DNA of 64,000 nt, taken from Raillietiella orientalis. Taxonomy: Eukaryota. The translations under genes were made by a program, and so were the position numbers. Under the pieces are notes generated by a model. It did no database searches and was not told where the DNA came from. It saw nothing but the letters and a program-made list of their open reading frames with translations. Location: positions 248,001 through 312,000 of the forward strand of contig JAYWIR010000044.1 in NCBI GenBank assembly GCA_036172245.1, written 5' to 3'. Position 1 is the first letter of the stretch. Every line of letters begins with the position of its first letter. Of the stretch, positions 26,501-37,360 are shown one piece after another.

Positions 26501-28217
26501 CATCTCGTGTCAAATAGCAAGGCAGCCTGAGAATCTACCCGGAACGCAAGAAGTACTGGAAGGAACACGGAATCATGGTTAAAACATGCATGTTTCCTTA
26601 TTTAATGGAAATCTCCTGGGCACTGCATGGTGGAAGACTGTTTCTGTGTGAAAGAATGCTAGTGCCGGAAGGATCAATGAATTTTTTCGACATCACTGGT
26701 AGTAAGGGAGTCAACAAAGAAATGGAATTTCTCCAATTTGAACGGGGTATTCAGTCGGATATGCAGCTCCAGGAGGAATTGACGTGACAGGGGAACCACC
26801 TACGATTTCCGATGCTGAAGACCAAACCCAAGGCTGAAGAACTCAAGCTGAGAACTCAAGAGTGTCGAGGAGCTAGATTTTGGGTTCCCTAGATTTTTTT
26901 TTCTTTTTCTGTTCCTGGGCCTGTTGGCGCTCATCTGCCCGTCCCGTAACTCTGCTACAGGAATCGCGGTGAGGAAGCTACTGAGAGGACGACTAGCTGA
27001 CCACGCAGACCTTGCGTTCATCGAGTCACGCACAGCCGTGCAGTGCACATGGCTGCTTGCCGCAGGAGACGTGCGCCAGGAGGATTTTCCAGGCTGAGTC
27101 TGGTCCACTCCCCCTTTGATCCCGACCCGAACAGACTTCCTCACGAGAACGCGGAGTGTTCTGGAGATGATCGAAAAATCTCGAAAGCGTCATCAACTTC
27201 TGGATCAAAGAGCAAGGAAAACTCGAAGCCTCAATGTGCGAAGACGGACGGAAATCCCACAGGAGTTTGGCACGGCGCGATATTCAGAGATGCAAACAGC
27301 CGAAAATAACTCGGCAGGGTGCGTGGAAGACACTCTTTGGTTTGAAGCGGTAGCAAACAGAGATTCCGGTTCTGGGATGCAGAGCCAAGTGTGGAGAGTC
27401 AAAACGACCGGTTTTCATCCATCCCATCTTCTTCCGAAGTTCGCCCAGTACGTAGGAAGAAAACCCCTTTCAAGTCACTGTGTTTCTCCGCAGGAACATT
27501 GCGACCACTCCGAGGCTGACCTTTCGTTAGCAAACGTCCATTTTCCGCTCGGCGAACGAGCGACATCATCGGACGACACCTTCAGTCCAGGAATGATCGA
27601 ACAGGCACGTGCTCCCCTCTGGAGTCAGTCCCACTTCTCGCTCTTTGACCTCCGCTTTGCCCTTAATGTCTACGAGCGGCGTCCGGGTTGCGCAGGGTTC
27701 TCGACTCCAGGGGTGAACCAGTGACGCATCTCCAAAGCTGGCCTACCGCAGCTTTCTACTGGCAAGGCGTCTGCCGTCCCGGCTAAGAAAGTGTTCCCAC
27801 GAGGGCAACAGGAACGGTTCGCTGGTGCTTTCGCGGTCAAGCACGCTGGCCGTTCGCCATCCAGAGACTCGAGCCAAAGCTCTTCAAGAGGAGGCGCTTC
27901 GCCCGCTCCCCGTCGCTCGCGTGCGACCCAGAGTGGGTTCCGCAGAAGCGAGCGCGAGCGTCGTCCAAGGTACATGCAAGAAACCACAACCACAACAACA
28001 ACAACAACGCGGGGAGCGCTCTGGATGATGCTCCAGCGCTTCGGCTCAAGAGCAGTTCCGGCGCGCGTCACCAGGGGGGAGAGTGCGAAAAACGGGTGGC
28101 CTTACCTTTTCTGAAGGTGGCGGAAGCGAGATGCAGGCACAAGAAGCACACGAGGAAGGGAACTCCACCCATGCAGTCCAAACGAGGCATCGCCCTGGAT
28201 GCTGAGCCGCTAGACAT
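893..28217 (-). CDS. DIP-gamma: DIP-gamma / Lachesin-like 3-Ig-domain cell adhesion protein, spliced (exons 28106-28217, 7166-7275, 2300-2507, 2084-2251, 1903-2031, 1727-1862, 1464-1612, 1314-1367, 893-1065; 412 aa)
   Basis: All introns are GT-AG with consistent phases and the exons total 1239 nt. The protein has EPEF..VVLSCHIRNLGNYKVVWLK, ESDRGCYMCQINSSPMKKQIKCLDVHVSPDII (close to the Drosophila DIP-gamma signature as I recall it), MGTYLCVASNDVSPAVSKKI and DIGTYHCKSENSLG. It begins with a hydrophobic signal peptide and ends in a hydrophobic tail. The Ig exons are secure; exon 1 and the last two exons are inferred. Confidence 0.85.
1314..1367 (-). CDS. DIP-gamma: DIP-gamma-like exon 8 (linker)
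   Basis: ttccag|AATTACC...GAAGG|gtgagt; phase 1-1; encodes ELPPGESESHGKDEMHMK. Confidence 0.65.
1464..1612 (-). CDS. DIP-gamma: DIP-gamma-like exon 7 (Ig3, C-terminal half)
   Basis: tttcag|CAAGAAG...CCGTG|gtcagt; encodes KKYRIEEQRQGYRIRLTLWIHDAQYDDIGTYHCKSENSLGKANESVRLR. Confidence 0.9.
1727..1862 (-). CDS. DIP-gamma: DIP-gamma-like exon 6 (Ig3, N-terminal half)
   Basis: cag|TTCCA...AACAA|gtgagc; encodes FPPLVQISNEVMGVSFGTDVQLHCTIEAFPTTSNYWSKGEQILMN. Confidence 0.9.
1903..2031 (-). CDS. DIP-gamma: DIP-gamma-like exon 5 (Ig2, C-terminal half)
   Basis: taag|CTGAAAAG...TTCTT|gtaagt; encodes AEKVKGHQLTLVSVTRRQMGTYLCVASNDVSPAVSKKIDVQVS. This frame is not in the ORF track. Confidence 0.9.
2084..2251 (-). 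CDS. DIP-gamma: DIP-gamma-like exon 4 (Ig2, N-terminal half)
   Basis: cag|TGTCT...AATG|gtaact; encodes VSPDIISETTSSDVLINEGTDLTLNCHAKGHPKPQISWHRED. Confidence 0.93.
2300..2507 (-). CDS. DIP-gamma: DIP-gamma-like exon 3 (Ig1)
   Basis: tag|GTGGTG...CACG|gtaatt; encodes VVWLKSESQTVLTLHTKVITHNTRI...ESDRGCYMCQINSSPMKKQIKCLDVH. Confidence 0.95.
5570..6300 (+). mobile_element. Decayed RLE-clade (R2/NeSL/Utopia-like) non-LTR retrotransposon, C-terminal region
   Basis: Reads DWETADSHFHFELRLHFLPVQ then *RRRGRRKERLRHIFNGC, a C-x2-C-x8-H-x4-C knuckle whose first two Cys codons have become TGA and CGT. This is followed by LPRHGELV (RHN motif), HPKLV (RPDLV) and AVVVGSL (6232-6252). Weaker RT-like pieces lie upstream at about 4050-4950. 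Confidence 0.7.
6415..6437 (+). ncRNA. U2: U2 snRNA 5' fragment (about nt 7-29), non-functional
   Basis: TCTCGGCCTTTCGGCTAAGATCA matches the conserved U2 5' end (stem-loop I). No U2 3' part follows. Confidence 0.8.
6433..6790 (+). mobile_element. 5'-truncated Utopia/NeSL-type retrotransposon, restriction-like endonuclease tail
   Basis: Reads GTDPTLRPNSALEKGNSLILLNVACPVRNGEEAFYNTGREIGTKHQ...TILAFIVRCTG, a degenerate form of RPDLV..DV.CPFENG..AF...K..KY..IVG.LG. Confidence 0.75.
7166..7275 (-). CDS. DIP-gamma: DIP-gamma-like exon 2 (start of Ig1)
   Basis: tttcag|AATCC...TATAAG|gttgcc; encodes ESRIQEPEFTETPSNATVPLGKEVVLSCHIRNLGNYK. Confidence 0.9.
9800..9862 (+). repeat. Degenerate (AACCT/CCTAA)n cluster
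   Basis: ccaacctaacct...taagcctacctaacctaact; a related inverted cluster lies at 21993-22037. Confidence 0.55.
10066..10184 (+). rRNA. 5S rRNA gene (divergent variant or recent pseudogene)
   Basis: Full-length match to metazoan 5S (ACCACGCTGAAAGCACCG..CTCGT.CGATC..CGAAGTTAAGCAGCGTCGGGCCCGGTCAGTACTTGGAT..CCTGGGAAC). The terminal helix GTTCAC/GTGAGC pairs and a T9 Pol III terminator follows. Confidence 0.92.
10188..10196 (+). terminator. Pol III oligo-T terminator of the 5S gene
   Basis: T9 run immediately after the 5S 3' end. Confidence 0.8.
10203..10831 (+). mobile_element. tRNA-derived SINE-like element with internal ~40-bp repeats and A21 tail
   Basis: A-box-like TAGGCTTTGTGG (10208-10219) and B-box GGTTCGAATAC (10253-10263), but the cloverleaf stems do not pair. 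The GC-rich body repeats a GGWTCCCTT..GGGTTCCCT..GGAGAAG unit. Poly(A) at 10811-10831. The 3' body recurs at about 39140-39530. Confidence 0.55.
12540..13526 (+). mobile_element. Unidentified coding repeat family A, copy 1 (decayed ORF + 3' UTR)
   Basis: Protein and DNA similarity to 55409-56056(-), 57430-57920(+) and 59715-60620(+): KTSELADAAT, SVFPL.WKQDVLLLLHRGFHCNPR, AVIATISCIRAVVMARHVLESR. The stop codon and downstream AATAAA are shared with copy 2. Confidence 0.7.
17200..17460 (+). mobile_element. Decayed Gypsy-type integrase fragment
   Basis: TTQELIHYLQTRTVSSLSIAPQVFQRPATDGVEWFSQWMQRTLK resembles the rve motif SQEF..FL...GI.....APYHPATNG.AERF..T.K. Confidence 0.4.
19484..20066 (+). 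repeat. Direct duplication of 161 bp (19484-19644 and 19906-20066); probably family B
   Basis: Both units run accagtaacggctg...aacagaagagagtttga...ccttcgtgctc.gttc.tg.cggaaggggaaggacaacggtgag; offset 422 bp. Confidence 0.85.
20567..20610. repeat. Compound (AC)n(AT)n(AC)n microsatellite
   Basis: Directly visible. Confidence 0.95.
21030..21300 (-). mobile_element. Decayed L2/CR1-type LINE RT fragment
   Basis: FQVLLRKSSVYTAI...YDKLSNVLQRLIFDRFRIQGNP resembles FQSGFR..HS.ETAL...FD.VDH..LL.RL...FGI.G. Confidence 0.45.
22061..22390 (+). mobile_element. Decayed RTE-clade LINE, 3' ORF end
   Basis: ...LLGLSRVRVVGSGNLLYGEFRRTG resembles the RTE C-terminal W.GHV.RM...P..LLYGEL..G motif. Confidence 0.45.
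26540..26790 (+). mobile_element. Possible decayed Gypsy pol fragment (pre-integrase region)
   Basis: FPYLMEISWALHGGRLFLCERMLVPE...RGIQSDM resembles ELS..DG.L..G.R.VVP...WPGI..DI. Confidence 0.3.
28106..28217 (-). CDS. DIP-gamma: DIP-gamma-like exon 1 (signal peptide)
   Basis: ATG at 28217 (or 28190) reads MSSGSASRAMPRLDCMGGVPFLVCFLCLHLASATFRK. It ends at a strong phase-1 donor AAG|GTAAG that matches the phase-1 acceptor at 7275. A CpG-rich region lies just upstream. Confidence 0.65.
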
Positions 28218-28399
28218 GTGGTGTCAGCAGGCTCAATAATGGTATTTCGTGATGGATGCGGTATCAGAAATCAATACTGCTTTTGGAGACCTCCAAGAGC
28301 ATTTTCTTCTCGGCAGCGGAGAGTCCTGTTGAGCCGTGTTCGAGGCGAAGTGCAGGCAAAGTATTTGACCCCCATCCACCTTCCGTGAAATGTGTCAGG

Positions 28400-28760
28400 T
28401 ACTCGCGCAAGCGCAGGAGGAGTGTCTTCCATCCGTGTACGTGCGTGTGCGTCCGGAGCGCCGGTGTCTTTTGCCTCTCGCCAAGAAGAAACAAACAGCT
28501 CTGCGTTGCGGGGTAGCCGCGCGTTCTGCCGCGGCGCTGTCCGGAGGGCCGCGGGGGTCTGTTCGCTGCACACCCTCACCCCCACCCCGCATCACCGGGC
28601 ACCTCACCGGACGTCCGCGAGAACCGGTGGCCTCCGGCCGTCTCGGTGCGCGGAGGTGCTCCCCCTCCTTTCCCGCATCACCGCGCCACCCCTACGAGGA
28701 GACGGTGCGCGCGCGCACCCCCGTGGGATCCGTGAGGGCGAGGTGTTTACACACCCCCTC
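28400..28760 (-). promoter_or_regulatory. GC/CpG-rich region upstream of the DIP signal-peptide exon (5' UTR/promoter)
   Basis: Dense CG/GCGC runs with no credible ORF, directly 5' of the predicted start codon. Confidence 0.4.
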
Positions 28761-29609
28761 CCAGTTTGCGTCGTGGCCTTCCATCTGATAAAAACTTCCC
28801 CTTTCGGAGGAGCTGGCAGGTGCTGCATGCAAAGCAGAGGAAACTTCAAATTAAACAAGTTCCATATTGTTCCTCCGAGGTGCACACATGATTACCGCGT
28901 TAAAAATTCATTCACGAGGAGGTTTTAATTGCTTCCTTTTGCTCCGGGATGCGCCGGAACAAGGCAAACTTTTTCCATCGCGTTCCTTCACCGAATTCCT
29001 TGAGTCAACAAGCCCGGCTGCCAGAGCCGACTGTATGATTAATTCACCTCGTTCGGCCGACTTCCTGCTTGCCCGCGGACCCGCTGCTTTCCTCGCGCGA
29101 ATGGCTGCGCCGGACAAAGGCGGCCTCCTCCTCGTGGATGTCAGGGAGAAACAAAAGGTCTGTCTTCGACTGGATGAGGCAGCAAAGAGCTCGAACCTCA
29201 CCGGGGCGATGGGTGGGGAGGGAAGTCGAGGGCGGGAAGGAAGGTTCAATAATATAATAGGGGTGGAATGGACCAGCCTCTCACAGTGTTGCGCGTGACT
29301 GACTAGAACCTGCGTGGGGCCAGGACGCGAGGGAAAGGTCTGGTATAAATGCCATGGGAGAACGGCCTAGTGTGTCCACCCTGAGGCACCCTTTCAGCAT
29401 ACGTTCCGGCGTAGGTCACCTCGTTGCCTGCCTCATGAGTGAGCTGCAGGTAGCCAGCGGTTCTCTTGGATAAAGGCCACGCTCCTCTTGCATACCTCAA
29501 AGCAGCGTGACAAAGATGGCTCCCGAGCAAAGCGATGCACCCTGGATAAGACCCTGACTCCTGTCTTCCTGGGACTGGGAAAGGGACAACAGCAAAGGCG
29601 AAACGATGA

Positions 29610-29775
29610 TCCTGACAAGACAGCAATGACGACGATGATAAGCAGGTGACGAGAACGGCAGTGACGATGACAAGGTGATGCTGACGACCATACTGACGGT
29701 GGCAGTGACGAAGATAGCGATACAGATGATGAGGGCGATGGGAAGAAGGAGGAAGAGACGAGGAACAAGATGTAA
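29610..29775 (+). repeat. GAY/GAR-rich low-complexity tract (acidic tail of a decayed ORF)
   Basis: One frame reads DADDHTDGGSDEDSDTDDEGDGKKEEETRNKM*. Confidence 0.5.
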
Positions 29776-32700
29776 CTCACAGCCACCTTCGTCACAACTG
29801 CTTCTCCAGGGGTAAACGAAACCAAGTAAACGAGCATCCTGAACGCGACCCCATCCTGAAACGAAGGCGGAAACGCACAAACGGAATGGTAGGCCGTGAT
29901 GGTGATGAAAGTCGGTGGCACAGAGGAGGGATGATGCTTCTTTTCATCTTGGCGATTTCTGCTGCTCGACACGCGGTGGCAGAACACCGGCGAAAGGTGT
30001 GTCATCTTGAGAAGCATCGTCGGGCTACTGAAGGGTCTCTTTCTGGAATGCTCAGCGCTGCTACAGACAGCAGGATTCCAGAAGGACGCACGGAGGGTTC
30101 CTGTATCCTGCAGCAGCCTTCCTTCTCGGTGGTTCTCCCTGCACACGCGTAGTGACTTTCCCATTCGGCGGGAGACCTCAATGCACCATCAAAATGGAGA
30201 TGCGGCGGCACCGATCCCTGAATTTCCTCGGGAGATTCCAAGAAACCTCACATTCAGTGAGAGTCCCCGGAAATCGTCTTCGAGAGTGCCTTCGTGGACC
30301 AGCCGCGCTGCCCTCCACGGTACCATGGGCTTCCAAACTGCAGATGCAGCAGGAGGCGCAGGACATCGGCAGCGCGTCCGGCAACGCGCTCTTGGAAACG
30401 CGGATTCCCTCACGTTCAAGTGTCCACGCAACTGGTGCTTACTGAAGCCAAGCGTTCCTGCTTTAACGGATGCAGACCCGAGGAGTGAAGCGCCCTCTGC
30501 CCGCAAGCATTCAGGCGGCTTGCGTTCCCGAGGGTGCAGGGAGAGAACGAAATGAGACTGGATCGGAAGATCCATAGTCAAGGGCGGAGGTTACCTGCCT
30601 TTCGCCGGGTCCTGCTTTCCTGGAAGCAGAACCTGGCGAAGAATTCTACGGTCCAGGGTTGTGAAGAAGGCAGGTAGGACCAAGAGGAGGAGGAAAAAGC
30701 AAAGAGAATAAAGGGACGGATGAGAAGTGGAAGGAAGGAAGAAGAAGGAAAGAGGAGCAAGAGAGGAGGAAGAAGAAGATGGGTTGGTTCTACCGAACGA
30801 TTCCTCCTGGTGGGAAAGTCTGCCCCTCCTTTCACGATGCGAGTTGATCGCGAGCTGTGCTGCTCTGCAGAGCCTCTGGCAGCCCTGAGGCGTGATGCAG
30901 GATTGCGCAGACGCAGTCGTCATTCTGCTGCCGCCTTCTCGTGAGTAGGTCGGCGCTGCTGCCGTGCTGCCTTGCGAAACGGGATGCTGCCGGATGGCGC
31001 CGGTTCTGCGAGAGTCGCCTTCGCCGGCAGGCCAGTTCCGCGTGCTTTACTGCAGGGGCTTACGTCTCCCCCACTCGCCTCTCCTGGCCGCAGAAATTCA
31101 GCATCACTGTTTCTCCAGGAGAGTTGTCGTTCCTCGAGGAAAAAAAACCCTCCGCCGCAGGTGTGGACGTCCGCAAAGTGACTTGGAGCTCGTGACCACT
31201 TCCCCTCGCTCTGAGCGGGGAACACTAAGTGGATGCGGAGAGAAGCGCATCATCGTTTCCAAGGACACGGCTTTGAGGATGAGGTCCTCTCCGCCGATGG
31301 CACCTCGACGGGGCCGCGGCCTTCTGTGTTGTCGGCCTCCTCCTTGTGTCAGTTTGAGGACACGATGAAACCTAAGATTTAAGGATGAGGAAGCGCTAAC
31401 AGACCTGTAGCATTCCGAATGGAAACTACGAGCCGCAATTTCAGCAGCCAGGAAACCGGAAGAGACTTGATTTTCTTGCAAAAATTTTCTTCTCGATTTT
31501 CTTTTCCTCCACTTATCAGCAGCTTCGACGTCACCACTGAAAGTGGTCCTTTCTCACTTGACCTCACCGACCCATTCTCCATAATGCCGCTCAATTTTAC
31601 CAAACCTGTCTTCAGACGAATGCTCTTCCCTCTCCATCAACCTCTCGTGATCCCAAGCCATCCGGTGAATCAATAGCTCAAGACCACAAAGGCACTTCTT
31701 TGCAGTAGACAAACATCCATTCAAAAGTGCATCGAAGTGAGCTTGGAGCAGCAGCAGCCACGATCTCACAGGGACTCCGGAAGGAAGACCTAGTACCTTT
31801 GGTCACCTCCTCCGTCCCACAGATTCGCGTTCGGAAGATCCAGTAAGGGCTATCACTGATCAGTTTGCTAATGGACCCGAGCTTCCATTGAGTTCCCATG
31901 GCAGCAGAACCAGCAAGGAACAAGGAGTCGCCGGTGAAGAAATGGAAAACCTGGCAGAGAGCAAGCAGCTGTTCGGAGAGCCTCTTCTTTTCCCAGAGCA
32001 GCGGCGGGATTCACCCCCACGCCCCCTCTTCGAAGAACGACGAATGAGCTACGCGAGGGTTCCGGGCCACCTAAGAATTTCAAGTTCTTCCCCTGCGGCA
32101 TTCACTGCAGCCGTCACCGTTTCTCCCTGGAGTGAAGCTTTCGTTCTGGTGTGATGTCTGCTCCAGATAGTCTGCCGGATCGATGGACCGCTGAACGTCA
32201 GAGCAAAACAGTCATTAACTGCTCGCACACATTCTAAGTGCATGCTGTTTCATTCATCAGCGTCGTTTGCTCTCCTTGCATTGAAAGATGGAAACGCGAG
32301 TATCTCCCTTACAAGATCTATGCTTGCATACAGGAGACAGTTCCTGCCTCTTCTCGGAAGCTTCCAAATGGATTCCTGTATCATATATATTTCAGATGAC
32401 CACACTTTTCGTAGTCAACAAACTCCTAATCGTCCTCAGATGTTAGGCACCCGTTTTTCCGAAAGAATGCTTTTACTCCACCACCGACAATTGACTCCAT
32501 TTCCACCTAGCCACGCCGGACGATGTTAGCCAATTTCTTAGATGTCGGCGTGCGGCCACTGAGGATGCCATGCATGTATCGCTTCACCACTGGGCTCAGT
32601 GGGGATGATTCTGCAGCATGAAGGGTGAACTGCCGCATCTCCGAGGTCACCAGTCCCCTCGTCCATTGGAAAAGCTCTCGCCAATAGAAGTTGTATCTGA

Positions 32701-34842
32701 GAGCTTCCAGTGATGGACGGAGTCTCTGGGAATTTCCCTGGAGAGCTTCGAGATCTCGTGCCTCCTGGTCGAAGCCTACGTCTTCCCTCTTCGGTACCAG
32801 CAGACCGTCATCTTGCTGGTGCTCTGGGCACTCCTTTGAAATGACTGTGCCTCAGCAGTTTCCACTGGGAGTGCCTAGTGGAAACTGCAAGCAGCAGGCT
32901 GCGATAGGAGGGCATCGTTGAAGCGCATGTTTCCACGGTGACTCACCTTCGGAGAGATGTCCACGTCTCCAGAATTGCAAGTGGCTCACCGGTCGACATT
33001 CTGGAGAGCCAGTTGCAATCACCATCGCCTCCACCCGAAAGGAGATAAAATCACTCATTGCGTGACGTGGGCTTGGAATGCTTGCGGGTCGACTGAGAAG
33101 AAACCGGCGAGAGCACCTCTTCCGTCCCTTCCCTGCCCGACACAGACCCTCAGGGGCAGGGTCGGGGACGAATACAAAAGAACTAACTGGTGGGAAGCGG
33201 TAGCGGCGACTGACCGCATTCGATGGGTCTTCTGGAACCCGCGTGGGATGCAGGCGCCGTCCTCCTTGACTGCGTCATCCTTCGGAAGAGATTCGAGGTC
33301 ACTTTCCTCATAACTGCGTGGTCGAGGCGCGTGACCCTTCCCGCTGGCGCACCTCCTCGGCGTCCTCGGAACGCTACGGTCTTCCTGACACAGCGCAGGA
33401 TCAGGGGATAGGGGAAGAGAGCGGAAGGTCGCCCCGCATCAAGCGACGCCGTTACGGCGCTTCCCGGGCTCTTCCACACGCTCCGAGGGTCGTCGCATCC
33501 CACCAGCAGGCTGTGAGGAATTTCCCGCGGCCTCCCTTCGTCTAAAGACGCCGCTGCAGGCTGCGCGGGAAGAACCAGTGCGCAGACGGCGAAGACTCTT
33601 CACACTGCCGTCCGAGGGGCAGTACGGAGATGTCCAGCAAGAGGGATCACCGTCTCCGGCGGCGGAGCCCACAGGCATTCCGCCCAGCGAAGCGGTCCTT
33701 CAGCACGGGCACGCGGTGTCGCCTCTTAGCCTGCTGGCCCGTTCCTCCACAGACCCGCCTGCCTCGTCGCTCTCGCTGCGAGGTTCCCACCCTACCGTGT
33801 GACCAGCCACCGTTTCTCCCGTTGGAAGGGCGATGATGCTGAGGCTAAGGGCTGGTAATGCCTTAGTCCAATCCGTCCTTTTCCACTCCGTCCAGGAAGA
33901 GTGCTCTCAGGTTGCGCATGGAACGTGTCCACTCCACAGTCAAATCAAAGTTCTATCTCCTCCTCGTTGGCCTCACACTTCGTCACAGATGCTCTGCAGA
34001 GGTCCGTGAGGGGCTTCCGACTCTGTGCAAGAGTAACCAAAGTCGAAACTCCTGGACTGTTGTCCTGGAGACTGCTCTTTTCGGCCGCGCCCTGATCCCT
34101 AGCTTGCACGGCTCTGTTGAGCGAGGATGGTTTCTGCTGCCTCCCCCGGCAAAAACGCAATCCCCTGCGCAGGAGAACGGTTCAGGGAGCAACAGTGGAG
34201 GATTTCGTATGATCATTCAGGACGCTCTGAAAGTAATCCTTCATCAACGATCAATCCAGGTTTCTGATCCTCCTTTTCCTTTTCATCGCTGTTGCCATTA
34301 GGAATTTCCTTTTCCTGGAAAGGTCGAGGACTGTTCACTCTTCATCGAGTAGTTCACCTTTTGGACATAAATCCATGACAGCGTTCCGTTCTAGTTTCCT
34401 ATGGAACGCAGTCATCTTCCTCTATTTTTGACGGTTGCGCACCATGATCCACTTAAACGTCATGTCTTTAAGGATCAGCGTTCTCAGGATAATATACCAA
34501 GATGTTTTTCCATTTTGTTCAAGAGAGTCCTTGCTGCTCATTTCCAGAACTGCAACACCAACTTCATGCAAGAGAAAATACTTGAGCAGAACCCCCCCCC
34601 CCCCCCCCAAAAAAAAAAAAAAAACACTTCAATTTGATGATTAGTGGAAGTCGGATGTCATCCTCAAATTCAACAAAATTCAGTGCCTTCTCTGTCGAGC
34701 ATCTGACAAATCTTGTGCCACACTTTCTTTCAGCCCGTCAGCTGCGTCGGGAGCTCCCTGGGAGATGGTGCGTGCGGCATGCAGTGCTCCAAGGCAGAAG
34801 AGAAACGCAAGATCGCACGCTGGAGTTAAGGCCTTGACGTTC

Positions 34843-35515
34843 TAGTTGACTCTCTTCGGCCAAGGAAAGAGGACACCCGGAGTGTGCAACACCATCCGAG
34901 GACCCTGCCCTAGCATCGAAGGTTACCCTTCCATGGTGCCGTGGCAGCCTCTTTACGAGGGTTGCTTTCCGCCTGTCCTGGACGAGCCCACGGGGGGTCG
35001 CTAAGGGATTCTTCGCACGCCGCTCGGAGTGCGACTTCTGCCTTCAGCCGACACGACCGCTCCATTTGCTTTGCTCTCGTTTTCCCCAGAGTGAACTGAA
35101 GAGGCCACCTCATGCGCCGGACTGAGGAAACAGTCTAGGTCAGTGGCCGAGACGGAAGTCTGCCAGCCATCCATCGGTGAGGTCAACAGGATGGCGCAAA
35201 TTGTGGAGGAAGAGCTTGGCGGCTAATCCTGTTGACGTGTTTCCGAATGGCGATGCCTGGAAGCGATGGCAACGATGATTCGATAGCTGCTGTTCCCAGA
35301 AGCATGCCAACCACTTCGAAGGAACAGGGAACATTGGAAATCGTCTCGGACGCTCAGAGGTAAGAAATTCTTGGGAAGACTCAAGCTCGCTGGAGAATCG
35401 GGAAGTTTGTCCAAAAGCCTTTGCTGGTGAGATTTTGGAACCGACTCTGTTTTTCTCGGGTGTTCATGCGAACATTTACCGATCGCTGAACGCTGATGCA
35501 TCGGGAATTACGACC
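34843..35515 (+). repeat. Left arm of a 673-bp near-perfect inverted repeat
   Basis: Reverse complement of 37361-38033 with no indels and about 3 substitutions seen. Identical or near-identical peptides appear on opposite strands in the ORF track. Confidence 0.97.
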
Positions 35516-37360
35516 GCAGCACGTGGGCTCCAATGGAAGACCACTAGTCTGGGATAAGAAAAAACGTCCTGGTGGATCCACCTCCCAGATGATGCAGGAA
35601 GGCTCACAAAACGACCGTCGCACCGATCTGGCTTCAGGGAGCGGAAAAAAAAAAAAGCACAAACTGGTCTCCTAGCAACCTCAGCGGCGGTTCGTTCATC
35701 CGATAAACGAAGGAACTCGGGGAATCGAAGAATGCTTTCCCGAAAAAGCAGTGCCCTGGAGAGCTTGTGGTGGTAACTCGCTTCGGCGCTCCGACAACCT
35801 TAGCACAACGCTCTTGACTTTCTGCAGCGCTTCTTCTTCGGAGGTGTACTGAAGAAGAGCGCTGTCTCATCGTAACCATGTTTTATCTGCTCCATAGTGA
35901 CAGCCTGCCATGTGCTAGAAGCAAGTGCTCGGCGAAGAGAGGCCACCAGCATGGCAGCAGCCCTCATGATGGTGTCTCATCTGCCAGCAAAAGTCGCCAG
36001 GGAGACCGCCACCGTCCGGAGCCGCTTCCACATGGGAAGGAACGTCTTTAATCAAAGACCCCTGTTCCCACTTTTCGAACTTTTTAAATTTATTTCCCTT
36101 TGTTCCTAACTTTTTGGAACCAGCGTGGTCAACCCGAATGAACTTTTTTTTTTTGTCATTTCTTGTTTTTAAGGGGGATTCTTCTTCCCCTCTTCGTTGT
36201 AGTTTGTTTTGTTTTTTCAAAATAAAACGTCCCAGCGTAAGCGAGTAAAAACCAAAAAAGCATGAAACGTTTGCGCCGGTCGTAAGCATCCCGACAGATT
36301 AAATTATGACGAGCGGTGGGGTGTTTGACCTCGGAAATGCTGATTGCGTTCCTTGAGAGCTCGTATTTAAACAGGCGCAATGTGTTCGGAACACGCGTCG
36401 GCAATGGCACCTACGGGCAACCGCATCCTCTCCAATCCATCACAGAACAAACACCACAGTGATGCTGGTTATCTGCGATGCTGCGCGCTGGCGCGTTCTG
36501 CAGCCCTTTTCGTTTGGGCTGCCTGCGTCCCTTTCCTTCCACCTCCGTCCCGGAGGTGTTACAGGGGTGAGCGACGTGGTGTAGAAGGACTCTGCTACCG
36601 TTCTGGAGCACGGGGGCAACTCAGGGTTCGCAACCGTCCTCCGGGATTTGCTGGTTTCTGGTGCACCATCAGCGCTTCGCATCTTTATTTGCCGATTCGC
36701 CTCCCGTCCTCAGCACGCTCTCTTCTGGCTTGGAAGTGAAGTGAGAAGCGGGTAGTGAGATGCCAAAGTGCTACTACATCTCATGGTTTGGGGGGAATGA
36801 AGATGGTGTTGAACACAGTTCGGCCACGTGATCACTGAGAGTCGAGAAGATGATTTACATCGATGAATTCTTGTTGCGATGAATTCCACCGATGATCCTT
36901 TTATGGATTGTCACCCTTCATGGAAACTGGATCGCCGAAATGGCGCACAGGAAACCATCCGACAAAATTCACATTTCGTTCCAGGAGGTTCGCTGTTCTC
37001 CCTTCCTCTTGTGAGGCACGGCGTTCCTTTAAGATGTCTTTGCTCAAGTTGAGGAACTGATCTGTACCCGAAGACAGAGCACCCATAAAAGCGAGCGCGC
37101 CCCTCCTCGACGAAGCACGAAAAACTGCTTCCCACGCGGAATGGGTTTCAAGATTTGCCATCTTGGGGAGCATCTGCTGCTAGAACATTTCCTTCTCTCT
37201 TCCTCATCCTCATGGGAGGATGGTTAACTCCTGGATTCGTTGAACTGCGGTCCTAGAACCTGGTAGGGCATCGAGGGATGCCCAATGCGCATGAAATGAC
37301 CTCTCCAGTTAATTCAGGGGAAAACGAGAGCAAGCAGTCGGGTCGCAGCCCACGCGCTGA

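Noticed and set aside
27837..28049. ORF resembling a signal peptide (ALLLLLWLWFL)
   Set aside because: It starts at TTG, its hydrophobicity comes from a (GTT)n microsatellite, and it lies just inside the predicted intron.
29297..29302. Initiator-like TCAGTC on the minus strand as the DIP transcription start
   Set aside because: A common hexamer, the DPE spacing is off by one, and it sits at a repeat boundary.
29433..30835. Long ORFs rich in S/F/L (243 aa and neighbours; likewise 39644-40405)
   Set aside because: They are antisense readings of purine-rich low-complexity tracts.
32242..32420. Gypsy RT-like FALLALKDG...CIIYISDD (similar weak RT-like bits at about 40850-41040 and 46980-47250)
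   Set aside because: The motif resemblance is too weak to call without an HMM search.
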